From Macrostomum lignano (lineage: Eukaryota), in contig NIVC01001475.1 in NCBI GenBank assembly GCA_002269645.1, forward strand, positions 218,488 to 282,487: DNA of 64,000 bases. The letters are read 5' to 3'. Of the stretch, positions 1 to 9,376 are shown piece after piece; the stretch's first letter is position 1, and each line of letters opens with the position of its first letter. The translations under genes were made by a program, and so were the position numbers. Below the pieces are notes generated by a model. That model was given only the letters and a program-made list of their open reading frames with translations. It had not been told where the DNA came from and made no database searches.

Positions 1-660
1 CTGATTATGCTTGTGACTGATTAAAGCCTACGGCTGTTGTTCAACTGCTGGGCTGTTGTTTCGGGTCATAGTCACATAGAGGCTCTACCCGCACACCCGT
101 AAAGCGGGTTGTTGTCGCCTGTAAACCCTCTTCGGAACTTAATCTCGTGGGCTTTGTCCACAGAAAAGTTAATGCATAGATTCAATCAAACAGTACATTT
201 AGAAAATTAGCTGTTAATAGTTGGTCGCATCAAAAAGGATGTCCAGGAAAGGGTTTTGCTTGTACGTTAGGTTCCCTTGTAGCACATTTTGGCACTTGGA
301 AATCAGGCCAGGTCCATGCATAAGCACTTTTTAATATCATGATATATTGTGATAAACTGGCGCGGAAGCCTAGCGCAAGTGAGCATCATGGTAACACTTC
401 CGAATGCATTTGCAAGATAGGCAAATGGAATATTTAAACATTTCTTGCAAAGAAATTTATTTCTGTATTTTTAGCGTATACTTATTTCCGAAAACTGCAC
501 AATATGTTGTTAATATACATTCCGATGATAGAAACTTTATTTGACACTACAAAAAATCAGCTTCTAAATAAATTAAGCTATTTATACATGTAGCTAGATA
601 GCTATTTGTAGTCTTTAGTACATGTTGATGTTGATGAATAAAAGTATAATTCAGTTAATT

Positions 661-823
661 TTCATTCCGCATTTTACTTTTTTCATTTTCGCATTCCGCG
701 TTTTACTTTAATATGCGGAATCCGCACTTCGTTCCGCAGTTTACCATTCCGCTGCGGATTCCGCGTTTTACCGTACTATTCCATTCCGATTCCGTTGCGG
801 ATTCCGCATTTTACCGGGTACCC
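661..823. repeat. Short ATTCCGC(A/G)TTTTAC repeats ending in GGGTACCC; probable orphan end of a TIR element
   Basis: About 8 degenerate copies of attccgc..ttttac end in the palindrome gggtaccc (816-823). The design matches the ends of the 4058-5081 element. No partner end is seen in the window. Confidence 0.45.
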
Positions 824-1253
824 AGGCCCTAGGCCTTAAATGCATCATATATGCATTATGCTATTTAACGCAATACACTAGGCACAAGCCTAAAGCAAAT
901 TTATTAATCATACTCAGGACAGGGCAAGGCACACCGAATGTCCTACCCAGCAGGCAGCAGCCCAGAGTCTGAAAATTTAAGTAAATTCGACTTACTCGAA
1001 GGTCTGGCTATTAATTGCTTTCGAAGAAAATCAAGGAAATCATGTGATTCAACCTCACCATATACGCGAACTATTTTATCCTACTTAAATCAGTAGTAGC
1101 ACCAGCATAAGCATTGAAAAAATACTAAGAAAAATTTCCCGTGACTTAATTTTTTTATCGAGCCAGAAGATCTGAATCGGTTTTCGTAAACTTTTTTACT
1201 ACCTAATTCGGAAAAAAATATCTAAAAATCTTAGCGCTCGACAGTAGCAGTTA

Positions 1254-2138
1254 ATGCGCTCGTGTCGTGCTCGTGACTTTCTGAAATTATTTTGTCTCCC
1301 CTTCCCTTTTGACTCTGCTGTTATGTATATAATCTTTGTCTGTTCTTTTGGTTCCTATGGCAGAGAAAGGCCGAGGACGCTGTTCTCAGGCCGAGGCGAA
1401 GCCGAGGCCTTAGAATTGCGTCTGAGGTCTTTCTGCCATAGACACCAAAAGAACAGACGAAGATCGTACTTAATCTACAGATATTGGAAGCGACTGGGAG
1501 TGGGAGTGAGGTATTCGTCAAAAGCGGGGGTGTGGTGGCGCAGCCCCCCACATTTAACCATAGACATAAAAATTAAAGTAAAAGATTCGATGCTTAAATT
1601 AAAAGCGAGAAAGGAAAGGTTTGGGCAGCTTGGGCACACCCCAGATCATGAGCGCTGCCTTCCGTGCATTTATAAAATCTACGACGGCTACCGACCGGAG
1701 CAATGTAAGCACGACAACCTCTTTCTGACTTGGTTTCGAAGTGAGTCTGCCATTAAGAGCGACAGATGGTACAAGAATGGACCTATCGGCCGGCATACTC
1801 TCGACTCCATTGTGGCGAATATCACCAAGCCCGTGTCTACGGATGGTAAATTCTCAAACCAGTCTCTAAGGAAGACTTGTGCCAGCACGTTGCATCGGGC
1901 TGGACTGGCTAGGGACGATATAGCCCGCGTCACTGGACATTCGTCCAACGCTATTGAGAGGTACATACGGCTAGACGTCCAGGACCATTCGCGTATGACC
2001 TACGCTCTACACGCCGGAGGAGCCGTGGAGTCCAATGGGCGGACCAATGAGCAAGATGTCGTGTCTGAAGGTACTACCAAGAAGATGCGCATGACTGTCC
2101 ACGGTGACACCAACACCGTAGAAATCATGTTCGAGTGA
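1254..2138 (+). mobile_element. Crypton/DUF3504-type tyrosine recombinase, C-terminal catalytic part (homology about 1640-2138)
   Basis: Motifs RCLPCIYKIY..RP, WYKNGPIGRHTL, FSNQSLRKTCAST (HxxR box with H>Q), VTGHSS and ERY match the Crypton-type YR/DUF3504 pattern. The N-terminal ~120 aa run through a DNA hairpin and show no recognisable first-Arg motif. Confidence 0.75.
1332..1464. repeat. Imperfect ~133-bp palindrome (foldback/MITE-like)
   Basis: Left arm atctttgtctgttcttttggttcctatggcagag matches the reverse complement of right arm ctttctgccatagacaccaaaagaacagacgaagat. Confidence 0.8.
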
Positions 2139-2508
2139 ATCGGCAAGAATGAATTGGTATTTACTGCTGTTGATAGTTTATACTTCTAATGGACTAACTG
2201 ACAAATTATAGTCGTTCTAAAATGTCCTCAGGCCTTGTTCTTAGGCCTGTTAACCGGTTAACAGGCCTCGTTTTGAGTTCTCAGGCTTCGTTTTTTAGTG
2301 AGGTTTGGCCATAGACTATCGTTCCACTAGAAAAGAAGGAGCCTAGGAATTTAGTGTGAACCGTCATATCTGTAGGTTAAATGTCATTAACTGCCCGCTA
2401 ATTTGCATTAAAGTAAGTGTGACTCCTGCAAGCGGGCTTAAATGTAGTCTATGGCATTGAAAGGCAAGAGTAAGTGCCCAGCGGGCACAAAGGTCATGGT
2501 ACAATATA

Positions 2509-3505
2509 CACTCAGCAACATTGAAAGTTTCCACCTTAGCGCGAGAAGGGTCAACGTTTTAGTGGGTGGAGATATTCGTGGTTTGAGCCATAGACAAATA
2601 TATAATCCGGATTCAAACGAAGCAAAGGAACAGCAAAGAAACAAAGTACGCGAGCATGGGTGACAACTTGCCCAGAACAGGGTCAGTAACCCGTATAGCA
2701 GCCACGTGCGTACAGCAGAGTGCTCACTCTCCGGGGCATCCCCAGAAAATCTTGCGGTAGTTGTTGCCATGCAGTAGACAGTGATTCGCGCAGTTGGGCA
2801 ACGTTTTGCGGCGGATTGTCGCGCCGAATCGAGCACCGCCACTGCTGCTGCCTCCAGTGGATCCTTTGCATGCCCATTGTTCCCAGCTGGCCACATGATG
2901 GCATAGGTTGGGGTCAGGCGTGGCCGTTTGCGCATCTTACGACTATCGTCGTCGGATGGTTTGGGCGCTCAGGATATTCCCTCGCCTGCTCCTTTCAGCC
3001 CACATCAGCCGTAGCTGCAGGGTGGCTGGCAATGTGGGGCTTCCCTTCACCATTCGCAGCAATCGCCGGTCCGCCCTCCTAGTTGTGTTGCGCATATTGA
3101 GCCGCCGGCCGCGCGTGGCGTGCGCCACGCTGCCTGTTTCTCTGCACTTGATCTACAGTTTGCGGACTGCTGTGTGCGACCGCCCAATTTGGCGAGCAAC
3201 AGCTCGGATGGACATCCCGGCGTCCAACACATGCCAATGGCGCGCGCTCGTTCCAGGTCGGTCATTTGGCGAACCATTGCGTGGAACGTGGATTTTAGAC
3301 TCCTGTAAGCTGCTGCTGTCTGCTCCGTGTAACTGTTTCCTTCGACCTGTCTGGCGTCTATGATCCAAGTTTCTTTCTATGGCCCAAGTGCGTGTTGACG
3401 AAATCATCAATCGTCTATGGCACAAGTCTGGCGACAAAACCAGTTTTGAAACTCTAAATATACACGGCTGGCGCGAGGGTGGAAAATTTTCAATTTTGCT
3501 GAGTG
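2509..3505 (-). mobile_element. Internally deleted Tc1/mariner element
   Basis: TIRs are CACTCAGCAACATTGAAAGTTTCCACC and GGTGGAAAATTTTCAATTTTGCTGAGTG, flanked by TA. Minus-strand remnants: paired-like HTH (MTDLERARAIG, LDAGMSIRAVARQIGRSHTAVRKL, TTRRADRRL) and C-terminus (NPPQNVAQLRE..WQQLPQ..MPRRV..ARGCYTGY) at 2683-3277. It is frameshifted and lacks the DDE core. Confidence 0.9.
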
Positions 3506-3841
3506 TATATTCGATGCATTTAATTCCCTATAGTCCGCTTCAATATGCACATAAATCATATAATATATAGCTATATGTATTCTAACTCAATGCTCATAAT
3601 TCGCATAGCTACTGTGAATAGCACGTGTATAGCTCTAGCTCGTAGTTTAATCGACTTGGTAGTGATGGAGCGCATAAACTATACCTCTATTATTTTCTTT
3701 ATTCTCAAACCCCCTTACGCAACTTTTAGTCCCCTTTAGACAGGTAAAATTCTCCTCGTAGCCATGTGTTCTCATTAATAATCATCACGCATGTACTCCT
3801 CTCTCTCTCTCTCGATCTCTCCTGCCTGACCTGCAGCTCAG

Positions 3842-5275
3842 GGGGGTGTTTCTCGAAACTCACGTAAGTTCTATGGTAAGTTAGATCGTAAGAAAGAAAT
3901 TTACGTGTAGCGTAAGTTTGCTCGTAAGACGCTTTCTCAAAACTCACTTAGACTTTGCGTGGCTTACGCTGTTCGTAAGTAATATCTGAAACGAAAAGTT
4001 GCATGTCTATGGTCATAAATCTGTAAATATCTTTACTTTGTCTATCGTAAGTTGCTTGGGTACCTCTCATTTCGCCGATTCTCGTTTCGCCGATTCTCGT
4101 TTCGCCGAATCTCATTTCGCCGATTCTCGGTTCCCCGACATTCTCATTTCGCCGATTCTCGGTTCCCCGACATTCTCATTTCGCCGATTCTCATTTCGCC
4201 GACATTTTAATTTCGCCGATTCTCGTTTCGCCGACATTCTCATTTCGCCGATTCTCGTTTCGCCGACATTCTCATTTCGCCGATTCTCGGTTCGCCGAAA
4301 TTAGTTTCATAACCATCTGGACATTAGACCATATACAACTACACTAATGCAAGTGTGATTTAGATGTCTATGGCTTGAAAAATAAAGTTAAAATTAGGAA
4401 TTCTTCCTTCTGTATAGTCGATGGTAATCCTTCTGCATAGTCTATGGTAAAAAGTCTATAGCCAGTGGTATATATGTATGGTAGGAGGTTGAGGAATAAC
4501 ATCCAACTTTCAAGCAAACGCACCATGGCTCAAGCAGCACTACAATTAGCTACTTTTGTCCCAAGTTCGCGTGGAGGGCAGCTGCTTCACATTATGGGAT
4601 ATTTGTACCGGCTCGATAAGAAGACTGAAGCAAAAGCATTTTACAAGTGTCGCCGCGAAGGTTGCAATGCCAGGGCCATCGTCGAGGGTGGATAGGTGTC
4701 GCACACGAGTGGAGAGCATCGTCATGCAATTGATGAAACTGAAGCCCAGAGAATGGCAAACGTATCTTGGATTAAATTAAATGCCCGTAAGCCCAAATGG
4801 GCTGCAAAAAGCTATATTACCAATACAATACTTTATTTTTCAAGCCATAGACATCTAAATCACACTTGCATTAGTGTAGTTTTCTATGGTCTAATGTCCA
4901 GATGGTTATGAAACTAATTTCGGCGAACCGAGAATCGGCGAAATGAGAATGTCGGCGAAACGAGAATCGGCGAAATGAGAATGTCGGCGAACCGAGAATC
5001 GGCGAAATGAGATTCGGCGAAACGAGAATCGGCGAAACGAGAATCGGCGAAACGAGAATCGGCGAAATGAGAGGTACCCGTTAAGATCAACCTTACGAAA
5101 GACCATAGACATACGAACGTTTCGAGAAACAGTCTTTTGCGCAAAGTTACGAACTCGTAAAGTTGCGATCAATCTTACGCATAGCTAACTTGCGAGCCCT
5201 TCGAGCAACCCGTAAGTGTAGCTTACCCAACTTACGTCTATGGTCGATCGTAAGTTGCTTTCGAGAAAGACCCCC
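3842..5275. mobile_element. PIF/Harbinger-like MITE interrupted by a nested element
   Basis: Termini are GGGGGTGTTTCTCGAAA and TTTCGAGAAAGACCCCC, with a 3-bp CAG target duplication (3839-3841, 5276-5278). The interior has many CTTACG/CGTAAG motifs. It is about 410 bp without the insert. Confidence 0.8.
4058..5081 (+). mobile_element. Long-TIR non-autonomous element (MULE-like) carrying a broken FLYWCH zinc-finger fragment
   Basis: Inverted repeats 4058-~4388 and ~4830-5081 are built of 15-bp TTCTCGTTTCGCCGA units plus ~90 bp of unique sequence, ending in GGGTACC/GGTACCC. The interior encodes FVPSSRGGQLLHIMGYLY..FYKCRREGCNARA..*VSHTSGEHRH (FLYWCH pattern) with an in-frame TAG at 4693-4695. 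The TSD is not resolved. Confidence 0.75.
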
Positions 5276-5278
5276 CAG

Positions 5279-5915
5279 ATCCTCCGATTACGTCCTCCGC
5301 CGCGCGCTCGAGAAAGAAGACGGTTTTGTCGTCGCACGCCGCAGGAGCTGACGTTTCCCCGGTGTCACGATCGCTGCCCTCGCTTTTGCTGACTACATCG
5401 TCCTCTCCTGCCGAGACCCGGAAGCCGCTCAGCGCATCCTCACCCGCCTCTGTCATGAAGGCGAGCGAGTTGGCCTGAGAATCAGGCCCAAAAAACCGAG
5501 GTCCTGCACGTCGGCATCGTGAACGCCCCTGCTCTGATCCTCCCTAGCGGTGACATCATTACAGAGTGCCGGGACTTCCGCTACCTCGGCTCTCTTGTCG
5601 CTTCTCCAGATGAAATCATTGCAAACCGGCGTGGAGAAGTCTGGAGGGCAGCTGACCAGCTCAGTCCTGTTTTTGCCTCATCGATGGACGATCAGCTCAA
5701 ACTATGCATCTTCCGAGGTGCGGTCAAGCCCATCTTCCTCTATGGCCTTGAGGCTGTGCCTATCACTGCAAGCCGGGAAGAAATCTTGAATGCGGCCTAC
5801 AGAGCTCTGCTGCGCTTCTCGCTCAACATCCGCTACCCGTGCACCCTGTCGAACCGCGCCCTGATGGTGAAAACCGGCATCCCAACGCTAAGCGACATCC
5901 TAAGACAACGAAGAC
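5279..5915 (+). pseudogene. Degenerate non-LTR (RTE-like) reverse transcriptase fragment
   Basis: Reads DYVLRRALE..RRRS*RFPGVTIAALAFADYIVL (FADD>FADY), AQRILTRL..RVGLRI..KK/TEV (frameshift in an A6 run), DFRYLGS, LKLCIFRGAVKPIFLYGLEA, LLRFSLNI, ILRQRR. Confidence 0.85.
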
Positions 5916-6158
5916 AGAGACAAAGACAGCCAACCCGCTGGCAGCTGTTGTTACCAACCCACCTCAGGATCGGGATTTCGCCGAGGACCATTCCGGCACC
6001 ATGACCCTCATTGACATTTTAATGACGATAATTAAATTGTGTGGAACGAAACAGCATATTTAGCCATAGACATATCTCTAGTGACGGCGGAATGAATTGG
6101 AATTCTCTATTGCGGATTAAATTGAGTGATTCTAGGACCAAATTGACCGGGAAATGCT

Positions 6159-6764
6159 ATATTAGGAGCAAGCAATTTAATAATCAGTGGGGAACCCAGT
6201 GCTAGAAGATAGATTTCTCGGTACTCTATGGTCCAAACCATGGGCTTTGGAGCAACCAATTTAATAATCCGAGCACCCATTTAGTCATTTCCAGTGTTAT
6301 TTGTATCGCATTGGCTGCAAATAGACGCACGCATTCAACATGGTAGAAGACGAGGAAGCCAGCGAGCTTTTGGAAGAAGACGGAGAGCTTTGTCACTGCT
6401 GATGAAGCGCTAAAAGAGCAAGATCATGCAGCACCGTGGCTCCACTGTTGACGCTAAAAAACATTTCGAAACACCATGGTCTTGAGTAGGCTTGAGTGAA
6501 GCCACAATAATCAAAAGCCTCGACAAGCAGTTATTAATCATTTTGAAGTACTTGGAAGAGATGCGGACATACCGGTGGTTCGAAACTCGCCAGAGAGAAT
6601 ATAGCGTGGAGGGAGGCAGGAACTCGCCCAGCGACTGTCTGGTTTAACCCCAGATTATTAAATTGGTTGCTCCAAAGCCCATGGATTGGACCATAGAGTA
6701 CTGAGAAATCTATCTTCTAGCACTGGGTTTCCCCACTGATTTTTAAATTGCTTGCTCATAATAT
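6159..6764. mobile_element. ~600-bp MITE with ~110-bp terminal inverted repeats
   Basis: 6159-6269 matches the reverse complement of 6653-6764 (e.g. ccagtgctagaagatagatttctc..ctctatggtcca / tggaccatagagtactgagaaatctatcttctagcactgg). Confidence 0.75.
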
Positions 6765-7258
6765 CAAATGGCTTGCAAAAAGCTATACTACAAGCCCTTG
6801 AGGAAACCCCCATTCAGCGCGTGTCTATGGAAAAAACCCCTCACCCTACGGGGAGCTCCATATAGGCAAATTGTCTACTGCCAGCGGATTGGTTGATTTT
6901 GGAAAATGTTGGATTATGGCGCGGTTAGTTATACCATAGAATAATAAAGATCAGTGAGGAGTGATGTCAAAAAATCAGTTGCAAAGCCCAAGGAAGCAAT
7001 TTATACATAGAAGAGAGAAGCAGAAGAAAAACGAAAAGCAAAATTAATGCATTCAATCAACTTGAAGAAGCTAAATGATGGAGAACCTATAGCTTAGATG
7101 GATTCTCGTCAGCTGAGTTGGATTTTAGACTACGCCCCCAGCGCGGTGACTGCGACTGGAGATGAAATTTCAAGGTTGAAAACTATCGGATCAAGATGCG
7201 TTAGGCCATATAGACAGTGAAAACTGACTGAGAGACAAGCAAATCTAACAATCTAAAG

Positions 7259-8022
7259 TAGCATTTTGCAGCCCATTTGGGCCTACGCGCATTGAATTTA
7301 ACCCAAGATATGTTTGCCAATGTAACGGAGCTTTGTCTATGGTAGCAAGGCTGGCACTGCGGCATTTAATTTGTTCCAACAAGCATCAATTTGGTCCATA
7401 GCTTCATTTGCAACTGCTGCGGAGAAGATCTGCCCCACAATTGTGGACCATACGAGTATGCTGGGCAGTCTGGGCAGTCGAACGAATGTGATCGAAGCGC
7501 TCGACAGAGGTGAACACTCAAAGGACATTGCAAGGCTGCTGAATGTAAAAGAAAAGGTGGTTTACAGCATCCATCAGCGCGTTGAAACCACTGCAAGCAG
7601 AGATCGCCTGCGAAAGGGTAGCAATCACCAAGGCAAGTTGCTGGAGCCTCATGCAGGTCTAACTTCTACTCGACGGAGTTAAGACGAACCCTTTGTTGAC
7701 GTTGCAGAAAATGCAGTAGAAGTTAAAGAAACAGTTCCAGCTTTCGACTGTCAGCAAAGCTCTGGAGAAGCAACTGGAAATTGTTGGTAGAGACGCTGAG
7801 CGGCACTCAAAACAACCACAGACGGTTGCGAGAAGGCAAGAGTTTGTCGAATGGCTTACGAGCGTTTGGACCAATTTAAATCAGCCTTGCTACCATAGAC
7901 AAAAGCTCCATTAGGCAACCGTGTTTTGGACATGGATGACGGAATAGATCCTTCCTATTCCTTCATCCATGGTTTTGGATAAAATTCAATACGTGTAAGC
8001 CCAAAAGGACTGCAAAAAGCTA
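7259..8022 (+). mobile_element. Inverted-repeat element enclosing a decayed Tc1/IS630-like HTH transposase fragment
   Basis: IR pairs are 7259-7313/7967-8022 and 7326-7352/7883-7911. The interior reads VIEALDRGEHSKDIARLLNVKEKVVYSI, then broken frames (STVSKALEKQL..RRQEFVEW). Confidence 0.6.
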
Positions 8023-8395
8023 TGTTTAATTTTTATCACTTTTAAGTCTAAACATTTTTACTCTAGTTCAGCATGAGCGTGAGTCATGAAATTGAGTATA
8101 GTTTCGTACTCAAAGCTCCAAAAGTAATTCTAGTAAATTTAGTTAACCGAACTTCCATAGCCGTCTTTGGCTGATGTGATAATATTTGCATGAATCATAA
8201 CTCTTTCTTTGCCTACAGTATATCGCGCGTAAACATGATAAGATGGAAAACAGGAATCCGACCAAAACAGATGCTAATTTTACTCATCTGTCTTGGCTGC
8301 GAGTGTATAAATATACAATGCCCAATGCACGACCAATACAAACGCTTCAAAAGTCACCAGCTGGAAGCCCCCACCGCCACTTTTCTGTTGCAACC

Positions 8396-9376
8396 ATGAC
8401 TCGTCATCGAGAAATTGAGCTGATTTTTGCCCTAGTCATCGGGTTGATCCTACATGCACCTGTTCGTAAGTTTCTATTTGTAGCGCTGTCGTATACTCAC
8501 TGTACCTGCATTCTACTTTACAATGAAATTTGATCGATTTAACTTTAAAAATTACGTTTAAAAATTTTAGTATCTCAAGAGCCACCGACTGCCACCGCTA
8601 CGATTGAGACAAGTAGCATTGACGCTGTAAAATCTTCAGTTGGTGACTCTGCCACCACTTCAGGAGTGGAACTGTCTGGTGGCAGCAGCACAGCTGGTAC
8701 TGCCACCACTTCAGGAGTGGAACTGTCTGGTGGCAGCACAGCTGGTACTGCCACCACTTCAGGAGTGGAACTGTCTGGTGGCAGCACAGCTGGTACTGCC
8801 ACCACTTCAGGAGTGGAACTGTCTGGTGGCAGCACAGCTGGTACTGCCACCACTTCAGGAGTGGAACTGTCTGGTGGCAGCACAGCTGGTACTGCCACCA
8901 CTTCAGGAGTGGAACTGTCTGGTGGCAGCAGCACAGCTGGTACTGCCACCACTTCAGGAGTGGAACTGTCTGGTGGCAGCAGCACAGCTGGTACTGCCAC
9001 CACTTCAGGAGTGGAACTGTCTGGTGGCAGCACAGCTGGTACTGCCACCACTTCAGAAGTGGGCTCATCCAGTAGCACATTGTCTAAAGACAGCACGTCA
9101 TCACCACCGTGTGCATCAACAACTCGAAAAGACTGCAACTGCCACAAGATGACACCTGGATCGCTGCGGTTGGAGAATCACAATCTCTGGTCAGCTGTTA
9201 TCGGCTTGGCCATAACCTGCTCTCTACTAGGTGTTGTACTGGTGGCAGCTATCATATTTATTATTCTCATGCGTCGAAGATTTGCCAATCAAATGCCGAT
9301 TCGCCGGGGCAAGAACAAGTACGGATTTCGATTCGCAACTCCGGCGACTATGGACTTTTCGCATGGACAAGTTTAA
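8396..9376 (+). CDS. Single-pass membrane mucin-like protein (signal peptide, Ser/Thr/Gly repeats, TM, short tail), ~291 aa
   Basis: join(8396..8465,8571..9376) with a phase-1 GT-AG intron. N-terminus is MTRHREIELIFALVIGLILHAPVL, followed by 8 copies of SGVELSGG(S)STAGTATT, a Cys cluster CASTTRKDCNC, TM AVIGLAITCSLLGVVLVAAIIFIILM and basic stop-transfer RRR. Confidence 0.8.

Noticed and set aside
1-180. Possible structured RNA or retroelement end at the window start
   Set aside because: It has only short stems (e.g. ACCCG..CGGGT) and no recognisable family signature, and it is truncated by the window edge.
8575-9152. Other-frame ORFs over the 48-nt repeat
   Set aside because: They are shadows of the mucin-like gene's coding repeat.
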